Positions 41,550 to 51,612 of a stretch of 58,982 nt of DNA are shown piece after piece (the first letter of the stretch is position 1; each line of letters begins with the position of its first letter). Origin of the DNA: Oscillospiraceae bacterium. Its GTDB lineage: Bacteria; Bacillota; Clostridia; Oscillospirales; Ruminococcaceae. The stretch lies in contig SVNB01000001.1 of the NCBI GenBank assembly GCA_015067125.1, positions 1-58,982 of the forward strand, read 5' to 3'. A model generated the notes under the pieces. The model worked only from the letters and a program-made list of their open reading frames with translations, was not told where the DNA came from and made no database searches. A program made the position numbers and the translations under genes.

Positions 41550-41768
41550 TTCTTTTGATCTTGGATAAGGTTTCTTTTCGTCGGTAAGTCCCGCAAGATA
41601 ATCCATGCTTGTATCAAGTGCCTTTGCAATTTTTACACACTGTTCAAAAGTATAATACCTTGTTCCTCGTTCTATTTTTGAATAGTCGCTTTGATCTATT
41701 CCCGTAAGCATCTGCATTTTCACCTGCGTAAACCCACGCTCTTTTCTTAAATCCCTAAGTCTGCTCAT
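41547..41768 (-). CDS. Small XRE-family HTH regulator (73 aa)
   Basis: Start placed at MSRLRDLRKERGFTQVKMQMLTGIDQSDYSKIERG. Confidence 0.7.
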   Translation of the reverse strand: MSRLRDLRKERGFTQVKMQMLTGIDQSDYSKIERGTRYYTFEQCVKIAKALDTSMDYLAGLTDEKKPYPRSKE

Positions 41769-41798
41769 AATAACAACTCTTTTGTTATTATTATGGCA

Positions 41799-41835
41799 AA
41801 TTGACCTATTGACATTAGGGTTTAATTGACCTATT
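41799..41835. promoter_or_regulatory. Two 12-nt direct repeats AATTGACCTATT, 25-nt period (candidate operator/promoter)
   Basis: Copies at 41799-41810 and 41824-41835, 30-65 nt upstream of the small XRE gene. Confidence 0.35.
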
Positions 41836-41885
41836 ATGTAAATGATTGCCGGACTTAAAATAAAAAACACCGCACAGCGGTGCTT

Positions 41886-42089
41886 TTATTTATAAAGTTC
41901 TTCTTCGTTTATAACAATTTCTCCGTTTTCGGATTCATACCTTTTTATGCAATCTTTCGCAAGAAATTCCAGCTGTGCGTTAAGAGATCGCACATTCTGT
42001 TTTGCAATATAAGTAATTTTGTATAAAACTTCCGGTTCAAAACGAATTCCCGTTTGTATTTTGTTGGTTGCCACGATAACACCTCGCAT
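41886..42089 (-). CDS. Arc/CopG-type ribbon-helix-helix protein
   Basis: IRFEPEVLYKITYIAKQNVRSLNAQLEFLAKDCI fits a beta-strand plus two helices and the RSLN motif. A GTG at 42074 with a GAGGTG RBS is a likelier start than the ATG at 42089. A terminator hairpin (CACCGC-ACAG-CGGTG) follows. Confidence 0.6.
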   Translation of the reverse strand: MRGVIVATNKIQTGIRFEPEVLYKITYIAKQNVRSLNAQLEFLAKDCIKRYESENGEIVINEEELYK

Positions 42090-42171
42090 ATATTATGTTA
42101 TCAGTATATCCAAAAAATTATTGATTTTATACCAACAAAGTGTTATCATTTTTACAAAAGAAGGTGTTTTT

Positions 42172-42390
42172 TTGCACGGCTTTGATGATTATGTTACTTT
42201 TTGCGATGGCTCACAGCTTGAAGATAAAGAAATAACCCTTTTGCTTTCTCCGGATATCTCTTTTCGGCTGGAAATCCTTGCAAAACAAAAAGGTCTTTCG
42301 CTTTCCCAATATATCCTTTGCATTCTTTCAGAACACGCCCAAAAACATATTCCAAATAACAAGGATTGCTTAAAAAAATATTTCAAATAA
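42172..42390 (+). CDS. Second small RHH-like protein (about 72 aa), divergent from the first
   Basis: TTG start 5 nt after GAAGGTG. Candidate promoter TTGATT-17-TATCAT at 42121-42149. ITLLLSPDISFRLEILAKQKGLSLSQYILCILSEH. Confidence 0.45.
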   Translation: MHGFDDYVTFCDGSQLEDKEITLLLSPDISFRLEILAKQKGLSLSQYILCILSEHAQKHIPNNKDCLKKYFK

Positions 42391-42438
42391 AAAACAGAGA
42401 AGCTTTTAAAAGCTCCTCTGTTTTTATTTATGTTGATT

Positions 42439-43083
42439 TTATTTTTTTGCGGTGTTTTTCTCGTTCATGCGGAAGGAAAGGGTAAGCAGGCTGTCGCTTA
42501 AATGCACGTTGTGCACTTCCACCTCTTCGGTAGAGCGAAGGTCCACAGGGGCAAAGTTCCATACGCCCTTTACTCCGCCTTTTATGGATTTTTCAAGAAT
42601 TTCTTCCGCAACTCCTGCCGGGGTGGTTATTACAACAATATCCACTTTGTTCGTTTCAAGGTATTCTTCAAGCGAAGTTACGTTAAGAATCGGAATACCG
42701 CAAATCTGCATGCCATCAAACATAAGGTTGTTGTCAAAAACAGCATCAATAAAAAATCCGTCGGTATTAAAATCTTTAAAACTGATTATCGCCCTGCCCA
42801 GGTTTCCTGCGCCGATAACGATCATATGATGTTTTTCTTTAATTCCCAAAAGACCGGAAAGCCAGTCTTTAAGAGTATCCAGATGATAGTTTTCAACACC
42901 GCCGCAGGTAAAAAAGTCCTGACGGACCTGTGCGCTTGTGTTGCCGATTTTTTTAGCAAGCTCGCTGGAAGTTACAGTTTGTTTGCCCTCTGCAAGCATA
43001 ATGCAAACGTGGCGGTAATATGCCGGAAGACGTCTTGCAAGAGCATCGGAAAACTGTTTTTTATCAAGAGCTTTATTTCCCAT
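42439..43083 (-). CDS. rex: Redox-sensing transcriptional repressor Rex
   Basis: RLPAYYRHVCIMLAEGKQTVTSSELAKKIGNTSAQVRQDF (winged helix) plus the Rossmann motif MIVIGAGNLGRAI. Confidence 0.85.
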   Translation of the reverse strand: MGNKALDKKQFSDALARRLPAYYRHVCIMLAEGKQTVTSSELAKKIGNTSAQVRQDFFTCGGVENYHLDTLKDWLSGLLGIKEKHHMIVIGAGNLGRAIISFKDFNTDGFFIDAVFDNNLMFDGMQICGIPILNVTSLEEYLETNKVDIVVITTPAGVAEEILEKSIKGGVKGVWNFAPVDLRSTEEVEVHNVHLSDSLLTLSFRMNEKNTAKK

Positions 43084-43515
43084 GATGATCCTCCTTGGCG
43101 GGAACGCCGCTCAGAATAGTGCGTAATTATATGGATATATTATATATTTAAAATTCTTCTTTTGCAATAACCAAAATGTCAAAAATGTATCATTTTTGAC
43201 GATTTTTTAATCATTTTATGGCATTTTTTACAGAAAACCGGCAAAATACCTGCTTATGTTTCAGTCAGAAACAATTGTTTTTCGCCCTTGTTATTTTGGC
43301 AGCAGCATCTTCTTTGCCCGGATATTCCGAATAAAATCAAAATTTGTGTATTTATACATTTTATTCTGCATATTCAAAAACAGCCGAAGCAAAGCTCTAT
43401 TATATGTATTTATTATAATATCCGGCAAATATCCGTCATGTTGCACAAAACACACGGCAAAGTGTTAAGCGTTATGGTCAAAAGGTAAAAACGCATAAAT
43501 ATTCACAAAAAGGGG

Positions 43516-43544
43516 TTGACAATGAATATTTATGCGTGTATAAT
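43516..43544 (+). promoter_or_regulatory. Consensus sigma-70 promoter of the amino-acid ABC operon
   Basis: TTGACA (43516-43521), 17-nt spacer, TATAAT (43539-43544). Confidence 0.75.
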
Positions 43545-43607
43545 GCAAACATAGCCAATGATCAATGACTTCAAAATTTAAATTTCTAAATTAGTGAGGT
43601 AATTAAA

Positions 43608-44456
43608 ATGAAAAAGATCGTATCCCTTATCCTTGTACTTTGCATGATGTTCGCATTTGCCGGCTGCGGCGCTTCCGAAAAAGAAGTTCTTAAAGTTGCT
43701 CTTTCTCCGGACTTCGCTCCGATGGAATTTGTTGACGTTTCCAAATCCGGCCAGGATTCCTATGTTGGCTTTGACGTAACCCTTGCAAAATTTATTGCAG
43801 AAGAACTTGGCAAAGAACTCGAAATCGTTCCTATGAGCTTTAACGCCTGCCAGGTTGCGGTAGAAACCAAATCCGTAGATATGTCCATTTCCGGTTTCAG
43901 CTGGACCGAACAGCGCGCAGAAAACTACAACCTTTCCGATTATTACTACGCAGGTGATAACGAAACCGAACAGGTTATCGTAACCACCAAAGAAAACGAA
44001 GGCAAATTTACTTCCGCAGCAGATTTTTCCGGACTTAAAGTTGCAGCACAGACCGCTTCTCTTCAGCTTGACCTTTGCAAATCCCAGCTTCCCGAAGACT
44101 GCGAAATCGTTGAAGTAGGCGACCTTACCACCGCATTCCTTCAGCTTAAAAACGGCGACTTTGATGCACTTGCACTTGCAACCGGCAACGCAGAAGTATT
44201 CATCGCAAACAACCCCGATGACGTTGCAATGTCCGGCTTCATCTTCGAAGTTGACCCCAAATACACCGCAAACGTAATCCTCCTCAACAAAGATTCCGAT
44301 GAACTTCTTGCACAGGTAAACGAAATCCTTGCAAAAGCTTATGATGCAGGCTACTACGACGTATGGTACGAAGAAGCTCTTGCTCTTGCAGAGGGCGAAA
44401 ACGCAGCAGATATTTCTTACGATGACGAAGGTAACGTCGCAACCGATGAAGGCTGA
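43608..44456 (+). CDS. Amino-acid ABC transporter substrate-binding lipoprotein (family 3 SBP)
   Basis: Lipobox LCMMFAFAGC. LKVALSPDFAPMEFVD and DMSISGFSWTEQR are typical of polar amino-acid binding proteins. Confidence 0.85.
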   Translation: MKKIVSLILVLCMMFAFAGCGASEKEVLKVALSPDFAPMEFVDVSKSGQDSYVGFDVTLAKFIAEELGKELEIVPMSFNACQVAVETKSVDMSISGFSWTEQRAENYNLSDYYYAGDNETEQVIVTTKENEGKFTSAADFSGLKVAAQTASLQLDLCKSQLPEDCEIVEVGDLTTAFLQLKNGDFDALALATGNAEVFIANNPDDVAMSGFIFEVDPKYTANVILLNKDSDELLAQVNEILAKAYDAGYYDVWYEEALALAEGENAADISYDDEGNVATDEG

Positions 44457-44547
44457 TTAACGTAAATCATTGATCAAACAGCAGGGCGAGAAAAAAACTT
44501 CCCGCCCTGCTTTTCCGCTTGATTAACCCATGGAGGTACATAAATAA

Positions 44548-45276
44548 ATGATAGAAAATATAATTAGACTTATCCGGGATTACTGGCAGATCTTTATTTT
44601 CGAAGGTCTTCGCTATACCCTTATTCTTTCCGCCATAGCGGTATTCTTCGGCGTTATTTTCGGCGCGTTTATCGCTTTGGGAAGAATGTCCAACATTAAA
44701 CCTTTTAAAAAACTCAACAAAAACAAAAAGAAAAAAGGCTTTATCCACTGGCTTGCGGAATGGAACCCCATCAGCTGGATCTGCATGATTTATATAGAAG
44801 TTATCCGCGGAACTCCTCTTCTTCTTCAGCTTTATCTTTTCGTTTTCGGTCTTCCCAAAATCATTCCGGTTGATGCCGGAAACTTCTTCTGGGTATCTGT
44901 TGCGCTTGCCTGCAATAGTGCCGCATACGTTTCCGAACTTTTCCGCAGCGGTATCCAGGCAGTGGATAAAGGCCAGACCGAAGCCGCCCGTTCCCTTGGT
45001 ATGAACAAAACCCAGACCATGATAAAAGTCATAATGCCCCAGGCTATCAAAAACATTCTTCCGGCAATCGGTAACGAATTTATCGCAATCACCAAAGAAA
45101 CTTCCATGGCTTCCACCTTCTTTATCGGCGACCTTATGACCTCTTATCTTAAAGTTAACGGCCAGACCTATCTTGCATTGGAAATTCTTATTATCGTCGG
45201 CGCAATTTACCTTGCTGTAACTTTCGTCCTCAGCAAACTTGTTCTTGCCTATGAAAGGAGACTTAACAGCAAATGA
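44548..45276 (+). CDS. Amino-acid ABC transporter permease (His/Glu/Gln/Arg/opine family)
   Basis: [50 protein letters not shown] (EAA loop). Confidence 0.9.
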   Translation: MIENIIRLIRDYWQIFIFEGLRYTLILSAIAVFFGVIFGAFIALGRMSNIKPFKKLNKNKKKKGFIHWLAEWNPISWICMIYIEVIRGTPLLLQLYLFVFGLPKIIPVDAGNFFWVSVALACNSAAYVSELFRSGIQAVDKGQTEAARSLGMNKTQTMIKVIMPQAIKNILPAIGNEFIAITKETSMASTFFIGDLMTSYLKVNGQTYLALEILIIVGAIYLAVTFVLSKLVLAYERRLNSK

Positions 45277-45998
45277 TCCAGACTATTGATCTTTATAAAA
45301 GCTTTGGCGACCTTCAGGTCCTTAAAGGTATAAACGAACACGTCGCACCCCAGGAGGTTATCTCCATCATCGGACCTTCCGGCGGCGGCAAATCCACATT
45401 TCTTCGCTGCCTCAACATGCTCGAAACTCCCGATTCCGGAAGCATCATCTTCGAGGGTGTTGATATCACCAGCGAAAAAGTCGATATCGATCTTCACAGA
45501 CAAAAAATGGGAATGGTTTTCCAGCATTTCAACGTTTTTCCGCACCTTTCCGTTCTTGAAAACGTAACTCTTGCCCCCACCGTTGTAAAGAAAATCGCGA
45601 AAAACGAAGCCAACGAACAGGCAATGGAGCTTCTTAACCGAGTAGGTCTTGCAGACAAAGCGATGGAAAGCGCCACCAGCCTTTCCGGCGGTCAGAAACA
45701 GCGTCTTGCAATCGTTCGTGCTCTTGCAATGGAACCGGACGTTATGCTTTTTGACGAACCCACCTCTGCCCTTGACCCCGAAATGGTCGGGGAGGTTCTG
45801 GACGTTATCAAAGGCCTTGTTAAAAACGGCATGACTTCCGTCATCGTAACCCACGAAATGGGCTTTGCAAAAGAAGTAAGCGACCGCGTTGTTTTTATCG
45901 ACGGCGGCATCGTTGCGGAAGAAGGAACTCCGGACGAGGTTTTCAATCATCCCCAGAACCCCAGAACAAAAGACTTCCTCAGCAAAGTTTTGTATTGA
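45273..45998 (+). CDS. Amino-acid ABC transporter ATP-binding protein (GlnQ-like)
   Basis: Walker [10 protein letters not shown], signature LSGGQKQR, Walker [16 protein letters not shown] overlap with the permease gene. Confidence 0.95.
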   Translation: MIQTIDLYKSFGDLQVLKGINEHVAPQEVISIIGPSGGGKSTFLRCLNMLETPDSGSIIFEGVDITSEKVDIDLHRQKMGMVFQHFNVFPHLSVLENVTLAPTVVKKIAKNEANEQAMELLNRVGLADKAMESATSLSGGQKQRLAIVRALAMEPDVMLFDEPTSALDPEMVGEVLDVIKGLVKNGMTSVIVTHEMGFAKEVSDRVVFIDGGIVAEEGTPDEVFNHPQNPRTKDFLSKVLY

Positions 45999-46009
45999 TT
46001 TTTCCCGTA

Positions 46010-46046
46010 ACGGGCGACCATTGCGGTCGCCCGTTTTTCTTTTTTG
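46010..46046 (+). terminator. Terminator after the ABC operon
   Basis: ACGGGCGACC-ATTGC-GGTCGCCCGT followed by a T-run. Confidence 0.75.
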
Positions 46047-46062
46047 AAAGGAGCGCCTTTTC

Positions 46063-47511
46063 ATGGATAAAAAAGAACTTTATGCGTATATAGAAGAAAA
46101 CAAAGGGATTTTCGAGGAACTTTCCGATACCATCTGGGAATGTGCCGAAATCTCTCTTAAAGAACATAAATCCGCCGAGGCTTATAAGGCCCTTCTTGCA
46201 AAGCTCGGCTTTAAAGTAGAAACCGGCCTTGCCGGAGTTGAAACCGCTTTTTCCGGAACTTACGGAAGCGGAAGACCCATTATCGGTATTCTTGGTGAAT
46301 TTGATGCCCTTTCCGGACTTTCTCAAAAAGCCGGAAAAACCGTTCACGATGAACTCATTGTCGGCGGAAGCGGTCACGGATGCGGCCACAACCTTCTTGG
46401 CGCAGGTTCGCTTGCGGCAGCCTACGGCGTAAAAAAATACCTTGAAGAAAAAGGCGAAGGCAGCGGTACCGTTATTTTCTATGGCTGTCCCGGTGAAGAA
46501 GGCGGCGCAGGCAAAGCCTTTATGGCAAAACAGGGCCTTTTCTATAATCTTGATGCCGCCCTTACCTGGCACCCGGACGATTCCAACCAGGTAACCAGCG
46601 GTTCCTACCTTGCCTGCGTGCAGGTGGAATATAAATTTGAAGGTATCGCCGCCCACGCGGCCGGCTGTCCTCATATGGGCAGAAGCGCCCTTGACGCTGT
46701 GGAACTTATGAACATCGGCGTGCAGTTCCTGCGCGAACACATGCCCGTAAGCGACCGTATCCACTATTCCATCACCGATGCCGGCGGCATTTCTCCAAAC
46801 GTTGTTCAGCCCACAGCCCAGGTGCTTTATATGGTCCGTTCCGATACCGTCGCAAAGGTAAAAAATCTTCTTGCAAGGGTCGAAGATATTGCAAAAGGCG
46901 CCGCTCTTATGACCGGCACAAAGCTTAAACGCCGCTTTATCGATGGCACCGCCGACATTGTGCCCAACTCCGTTCTTGAAAAAGCCATGTTCAAAAACTT
47001 CGAAGCAATCGAACTTCCGGAATATACCGAAGAAGAACTTGCCTTTGCCGCGGAACTTAAAAACACCTACGAAACCGAAAATCTTCCCGGTTTCGCCTCT
47101 ATGTTCGATGCCGGCATCGCCGCCTTTGTTGACGAAAAAACAAGCGGCGGAACAAAAGCGCAAAACGATTTTCTTATGCCCCTTTTCCACAGCGAAGTTA
47201 CCCTTCCCGGTTCCACCGATGTAGGCGACGTAAGCTGGCAGACTCCCACAGCGCAGATAAACACCGCCACCTGGACCAGCGGAATTCCCGGTCACAGCTG
47301 GCAGGTGGTTTCCATGGGCAAATCCTCCATTGCCAAAAAAGGTATGAACCTTGCGGCAAAAGTAATTGCCGCAACCGCGGTGGATCTTTTCGAAAATCCG
47401 GAGCTTCTTGCAGCGGCAAAAGCGGAATTTGCCGAAAAAACCAAATCCGGTTTCGTAAGTCCCATCGAAGACGGCGCGGTTCCCGCCATAGCAGGCGAAA
47501 AAATTCTTTGA
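46063..47511 (+). CDS. M20-family amidohydrolase (AbgB/aminobenzoyl-glutamate utilisation-like)
   Basis: GILGEFDALSGLSQ, GHGCGHNLLG, YGCPGEEGGAGKAFM. Confidence 0.8.
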   Translation: MDKKELYAYIEENKGIFEELSDTIWECAEISLKEHKSAEAYKALLAKLGFKVETGLAGVETAFSGTYGSGRPIIGILGEFDALSGLSQKAGKTVHDELIVGGSGHGCGHNLLGAGSLAAAYGVKKYLEEKGEGSGTVIFYGCPGEEGGAGKAFMAKQGLFYNLDAALTWHPDDSNQVTSGSYLACVQVEYKFEGIAAHAAGCPHMGRSALDAVELMNIGVQFLREHMPVSDRIHYSITDAGGISPNVVQPTAQVLYMVRSDTVAKVKNLLARVEDIAKGAALMTGTKLKRRFIDGTADIVPNSVLEKAMFKNFEAIELPEYTEEELAFAAELKNTYETENLPGFASMFDAGIAAFVDEKTSGGTKAQNDFLMPLFHSEVTLPGSTDVGDVSWQTPTAQINTATWTSGIPGHSWQVVSMGKSSIAKKGMNLAAKVIAATAVDLFENPELLAAAKAEFAEKTKSGFVSPIEDGAVPAIAGEKIL

Positions 47512-47529
47512 TATAAAAAACAGCCAAAG

Positions 47530-47558
47530 GCGGTGCAGCAAAAACTGCACCGCTTTTT
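47530..47558 (+). terminator. Terminator after the M20 gene
   Basis: GCGGTGCAG-CAAAAA-CTGCACCGC followed by TTTTT. Confidence 0.75.
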
Positions 47559-47653
47559 CTCTTGAAAATTTCCAAAAATATGTTAATATGATAACAGATA
47601 GTAAAATCTTCAAAAACTCTAAACCAGGTATAGAGTTTTGGAAAGGCGGTATT

Positions 47654-48493
47654 ATGAAAAATGAACTTTTAAGCATCGGAGAAATGGCTAAAATAAACAA
47701 TATTTCCATTTCCACCCTGCGGCTTTATGATAAAATAGGTCTTATCAAACCCTGCCATATTGATGCGGAAAGCCGCTATCGCTACTATAATATCCGCCAG
47801 AACGCCCGCCTTGATATGATCCAGTATATGAAGGCCCTTGGCATGGAACTTAAAGAAATAAAAGAAGTTCTTGAAAGCGGAGATACCAAACTTATCGAAT
47901 CCATTCTTATCCGCCGCAAAAAGCAGGTAAAGGAGCAAATGGCAAATCTTAACCTTCAGCTTGCGGCTATTTCCCGCACTATCGAAAGTCTGGAACGCTA
48001 CCGCAAATCCCCGACCATAGGCACCATCACCATCGAATATATTCCTCACAGAAGAATATATTCTTTGCCCACAACCCTTAATTTTTATGATTACGGCATA
48101 GAAGTTTACGAAGACGAGCTTAAAAAGCTTAAAAACAGCCTTATAAAGCACAATCTTCCGCAAATTTATTACTGTAATGCCGGTTCTACCATAAAAAAAG
48201 ACTGCTTTTTAAACGGCAAGCTTGTTTCTGATGAGATATTTGTTCTTGTGGATGACGATTTTCCTCAGACCGAAGCCGTAAAACGCATAGAAAGCGGAAT
48301 GTACGTCTGCATTTATCTGGATAGTTTTGATGACGAAGCGGAATACGCAAAACGCCTTTTGGAATACTGCGAAGAGAATAATTATAAAATTGCCGGAGAT
48401 TATATATGCGAAGTCCTTACGGAATTCAGCGTTTTTGATAACGAAAAAAGAGGAATGTTTCTGCGCTTGCAGGTCCCGGTCAGTTTTAGATAA
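47654..48493 (+). CDS. MerR-family regulator with GyrI-like effector domain (BmrR-like)
   Basis: Start at [33 protein letters not shown], then a coiled-coil and a C-terminal region of about 150 aa. Confidence 0.8.
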   Translation: MKNELLSIGEMAKINNISISTLRLYDKIGLIKPCHIDAESRYRYYNIRQNARLDMIQYMKALGMELKEIKEVLESGDTKLIESILIRRKKQVKEQMANLNLQLAAISRTIESLERYRKSPTIGTITIEYIPHRRIYSLPTTLNFYDYGIEVYEDELKKLKNSLIKHNLPQIYYCNAGSTIKKDCFLNGKLVSDEIFVLVDDDFPQTEAVKRIESGMYVCIYLDSFDDEAEYAKRLLEYCEENNYKIAGDYICEVLTEFSVFDNEKRGMFLRLQVPVSFR

Positions 48494-48575
48494 AAATTTA
48501 ACAAAAAAGCTTGACTCTCACCCTGCATTAGAGATTATAATAGTGTTAACAAATAAACATAAAGGGGTATTTATT

Positions 48576-49601
48576 ATGGAAAAAGTAAAAGTAGTACAGT
48601 ATGGCTGCGGCAAAATGGCAAAATACATTATCCGCTATCTTTATGAAAAAGGCGCACAGATCGTCGGCGCAATCGACGTTGACCCTGCTGTTGTAGGCAT
48701 GGATATCGGCGATTTTGCAGAACTTGGCGTAAAAACCGGCGTTACCATCAAATCCAACGCAGACGAAGTTCTTGATAACTGCGATGCAGATATTGCTGTT
48801 GTAACCCTTTTCAGCCTTGTAAGCGATTGCTACGAGCATTTTGAAAAATGCCTTTCCCGCGGCATCAACGTAATCACCACCTGCGAAGAATCCACCGGCA
48901 GCTGGACCACCAGCCCCGATCTTACCAACAAACTTGACGTTCTCGCAAAAGAAAACAACTGCACTTTCGTTGGTTCCGGTATGGAAGATATCTTCTGGGT
49001 AAACATGGTTGGCATGGTAGCAGGCGGCTGCGATCAGATCACCAAAATCGAAGGCGCTGTTTCCTATAACGTAGAAGATTACGGCCTTGCACTTGCAAAA
49101 GCACACGGCGTAGGCCTTACTCCCGAAGAATTTGAAGAACAGATCGCTCATCCCGAAGTTCTTGAACCTTCCTATGTATGGAGCTCCAACGAATCCCTTG
49201 CAAGCAAAATGGGCTGGACCGTAAAATCCAACACCCAGAAGTGCGTTCCCTATTTCTATGATTCCGACCTTTATTCCGAAACCATGGGCGAAACCATTCC
49301 CAAAGGCAACTGCATCGGTATGGCAGCAGTAGTCACCACCGAAACCTTCCAGGGACCGGTTATCGAAACCCAGTGCATCGGCAAAGTTTACGGTCCCGAT
49401 GACGGCGATATGTGCGACTGGAAAATCACCGGCGAACCCAACGTTGAATATCACGTTGTAAAACCCGCAACCGTTGAACACACCTGCGCAACCATCGTAA
49501 ACCGCATTCCCGATGTTCTCAACGCTCCGGCCGGTGTTGTAACCGTCGATCAGCTTGACGAAATCAAATATCTTACCTATCCCATGGAAAATTACTGCTG
49601 A
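48576..49601 (+). CDS. NAD(P)-dependent DapB-like oxidoreductase / amine dehydrogenase-family protein
   Basis: AAAGGGG RBS before ATG 48576. [34 protein letters not shown] is a Rossmann N-terminus resembling 2,4-diaminopentanoate dehydrogenase-type enzymes. Confidence 0.6.
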   Translation: MEKVKVVQYGCGKMAKYIIRYLYEKGAQIVGAIDVDPAVVGMDIGDFAELGVKTGVTIKSNADEVLDNCDADIAVVTLFSLVSDCYEHFEKCLSRGINVITTCEESTGSWTTSPDLTNKLDVLAKENNCTFVGSGMEDIFWVNMVGMVAGGCDQITKIEGAVSYNVEDYGLALAKAHGVGLTPEEFEEQIAHPEVLEPSYVWSSNESLASKMGWTVKSNTQKCVPYFYDSDLYSETMGETIPKGNCIGMAAVVTTETFQGPVIETQCIGKVYGPDDGDMCDWKITGEPNVEYHVVKPATVEHTCATIVNRIPDVLNAPAGVVTVDQLDEIKYLTYPMENYC

Positions 49602-49644
49602 TAAAAAGCATAAAAGAAAGGGCGCTTCTCCCAAACCGCCCGAT

Positions 49645-49678
49645 AAAAAAGCACCGCTTTTAAAAAGCGGTGCTTTTT
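49645..49678. terminator. Bidirectional terminator
   Basis: AAAAAAGCACCGC-loop-GCGGTGCTTTTT between convergent genes. Confidence 0.75.
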
Positions 49679-49692
49679 GTTTAAAATTTATA

Positions 49693-50124
49693 TTACATCA
49701 GATTTTCGATCTGTGTTTCTCCAAAAACTTCTATACCGTTTTGCAAAAGAAGCTCCGCTGTTTTTCCAAAACCCGGAACAAGTCCTCCGTCAAATCTGCC
49801 GTTATGTATAATTCCGCTTCCGCAGGAAGGACTTTTTTCTTTAAGCAAGGCTTTTTTGCAGCCAAAAAGCTTTGCCATTTGCAAAACCTCCTCTGCGCCC
49901 CGTGTATATTCCTCTGTAACGTCCCTGCCGTCCCGGGTGATAATTTTATCATCTGCCCTTTCTGCCGGCACTCTGGGCGTTGGCAGGCCGCCCATAATCT
50001 CCGCGCAAACCGGAACAAGATTATACCTTTCCATAAGTTTATCTATGTTTTCTATGGGCTTGCTTTTGCCGTCATAGCGGCACCGCATTCCCAAAAGGCA
50101 GGCGCTTATCAAAAGATTTTCCAT
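49693..50124 (-). CDS. DUF523-family protein (YbbK-like)
   Basis: AAAGGAG RBS before ATG 50124. ISACLLGMRCRYDG, GGLPTPRVPAE, KEKSPSCG. Confidence 0.8.
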   Translation of the reverse strand: MENLLISACLLGMRCRYDGKSKPIENIDKLMERYNLVPVCAEIMGGLPTPRVPAERADDKIITRDGRDVTEEYTRGAEEVLQMAKLFGCKKALLKEKSPSCGSGIIHNGRFDGGLVPGFGKTAELLLQNGIEVFGETQIENLM

Positions 50125-50208
50125 ATTTTCTCCTTTTTGAGCACGAGAATTTTCAGGTTTGAGCACGCCGTGCTCAAACTTCTTTTATCACTATGATACA
50201 TCAAAAAA

Positions 50209-50228
50209 GCCGCCGGGTCAACGGCGGC
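50209..50228 (-). terminator. Terminator of the long minus-strand transport operon
   Basis: GCCGCCG-loop-CGGCGGC. On the minus strand it is followed by TTTTTT. Confidence 0.65.
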
Positions 50229-50234
50229 AATTTT

Positions 50235-50531
50235 TTATTTTTTCTTTATTTTGCAGATAAGCCAGCCGGCTCCTATGGCGGCGGCGCATATTGCCGCTGC
50301 AACAAATTCGATAAATGCCGCCAGCGGACGCAAATCAACAAAACCTCCGGAGCTTCCCGTAAGAGTAAACGGAATAACCGCCAAAAAAGCCGCCGGCACC
50401 ACAAACAAAATATATTTTACAAAATTTCGTTTTGCCTTTGCGCAGATAAAATATTCCGCCGTCGCAAGCAAAACAACCGCCAGAACTGTAATAACAACAA
50501 GGGTATAATCTGTTCCGTTATAGCTTAACAT
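50235..50531 (-). CDS. 98-aa three-TM membrane protein, last gene of the operon
   Basis: Three hydrophobic segments. Starts 2 nt after the upstream gene's stop. Confidence 0.55.
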   Translation of the reverse strand: MLSYNGTDYTLVVITVLAVVLLATAEYFICAKAKRNFVKYILFVVPAAFLAVIPFTLTGSSGGFVDLRPLAAFIEFVAAAICAAAIGAGWLICKIKKK

Positions 50532-50533
50532 TC

Positions 50534-51601
50534 TTATTTCTCCCCGTTTTTCAGTTTCTGCTCTCTTTCGTAAAGTTTGTTGTTATATGTATCATAAAGT
50601 TTTTCGGCCTTTTGCTTTGCAAAAATTCCAAGCTTTTTCGCGTAAATCCTTGCGTTTTTATAAGCAAGCACCGCTCCGAATCCAACCGGAACTATAGCAA
50701 ACGCCGCGCCGAAAATCAAAAACGCCGCGCAATAATCTTCCGTAAGCCGGGCGGCGTTTTCCCATTCCGGAAAAACAATTCCGTCGGAACGCATAGAGCG
50801 TTTTCCAAAAGAAGCTATTACTTTTGCGATGTTTTTTATGCTGTATCTTTCGCTTACTTCCACAACCTCGTGGTTCTGCGCCGGAAAACTTTCTTTTGCA
50901 ATGTTTATCGCAAAATTCTTTACCGGGTTCGGGATAACCGCTTCGTAACATTCAATGCCCGCTCCGGTCAGCTCCTCCAGCTTTTCATAAGACATATAAA
51001 GGCCGCCGTTTGCGGTTTTTGCCGCCTTGCTGGCAAAATCAGTTTCCGGTTCTATAACGCCCGCAACAATATATCTTCCGCCGCCGATAAGCACTTCCAT
51101 ACCGGCAACTTCCGTTGCGCCAAAAAGGGTCCAGGCAAGATCTTTATCTATAACCACCCTGTCCTTCATAAGGTCGCTTCCGCTGATGTAGCTTCCGTCC
51201 CGAAGATACGGCCTGTGGAAAAAGAAAAAATCCCCGCCGATTCCGGTAGCGTTAACGCTTGCGGAACCTCTGTTTGTGGAAACGTTTATCATTCCCGTAC
51301 CGCTGTATGCAAAATTCCAAAGGCTTGCTCCCTCTTTTGCTTCAAGAGAAGCCTCCACCATTTTTCCGTCAACGGTATCTTTAAAGGAATATACGGCGTT
51401 TTCGTCAATTTTTTCATTCACCGGCATAAAGCAGGAAATATAGGAGTAAAAAAGCTCTCCCTCTCCTGCCCAGTTTTTTGCGGAATCTATATGGTGCAAA
51501 GTTCCGGCAATAATTCCGTAACCCGCAAAACAGGCCGCCGCCAGAAGCACCAGTATTAAATTCAGCAGAACCGGTGTTCTGTGTTTTTCAAGCCAGTTCA
51601 T
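50534..51601 (-). CDS. Two-TM protein with a MacB-type periplasmic core domain but without the FtsX four-helix permease bundle
   Basis: N-terminal TM segment. Extracytoplasmic segment with DRVVIDKDLAWTLFGATEVAGMEVLIGGGRYIVAGVIE (MacB_PCD-like). Only one further TM segment (AAFLIFGAAFAIVPVGFGAVLAY), then a basic coiled tail. Confidence 0.6.
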   Translation of the reverse strand: MNWLEKHRTPVLLNLILVLLAAACFAGYGIIAGTLHHIDSAKNWAGEGELFYSYISCFMPVNEKIDENAVYSFKDTVDGKMVEASLEAKEGASLWNFAYSGTGMINVSTNRGSASVNATGIGGDFFFFHRPYLRDGSYISGSDLMKDRVVIDKDLAWTLFGATEVAGMEVLIGGGRYIVAGVIEPETDFASKAAKTANGGLYMSYEKLEELTGAGIECYEAVIPNPVKNFAINIAKESFPAQNHEVVEVSERYSIKNIAKVIASFGKRSMRSDGIVFPEWENAARLTEDYCAAFLIFGAAFAIVPVGFGAVLAYKNARIYAKKLGIFAKQKAEKLYDTYNNKLYEREQKLKNGEK

Positions 51602-51612
51602 AAAAAACCACC

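Noticed and set aside
43256-43488. ORFs of 70 and 66 aa in the 524-nt rex/ABC intergenic region.
   Set aside because: AT-rich sequence, no RBS, implausible composition. The strong ABC promoter lies downstream of them.
43490-43510. Rex operator upstream of the amino-acid ABC promoter and next to the rex gene.
   Set aside because: Only a half-site (TTCACAA at 43502-43508) is present. No matching TTGTGAA half lies at the expected distance.
45979-47715. Long antisense ORFs opposite other well-supported genes: 45979..47715, 45249..46064, 48546..49634, 55053..57368, 16701..18053, 20270..21319, 27950..28843, 29600..30763, 38579..39478, 50612..51559, 52432..53190, 734..1249, 2220..2990.
   Set aside because: Same mirror-frame artefact as above. 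Each overlaps a gene with strong family motifs and an RBS. The translations are low-complexity (F, C, K, R, G-rich) and lack start contexts.
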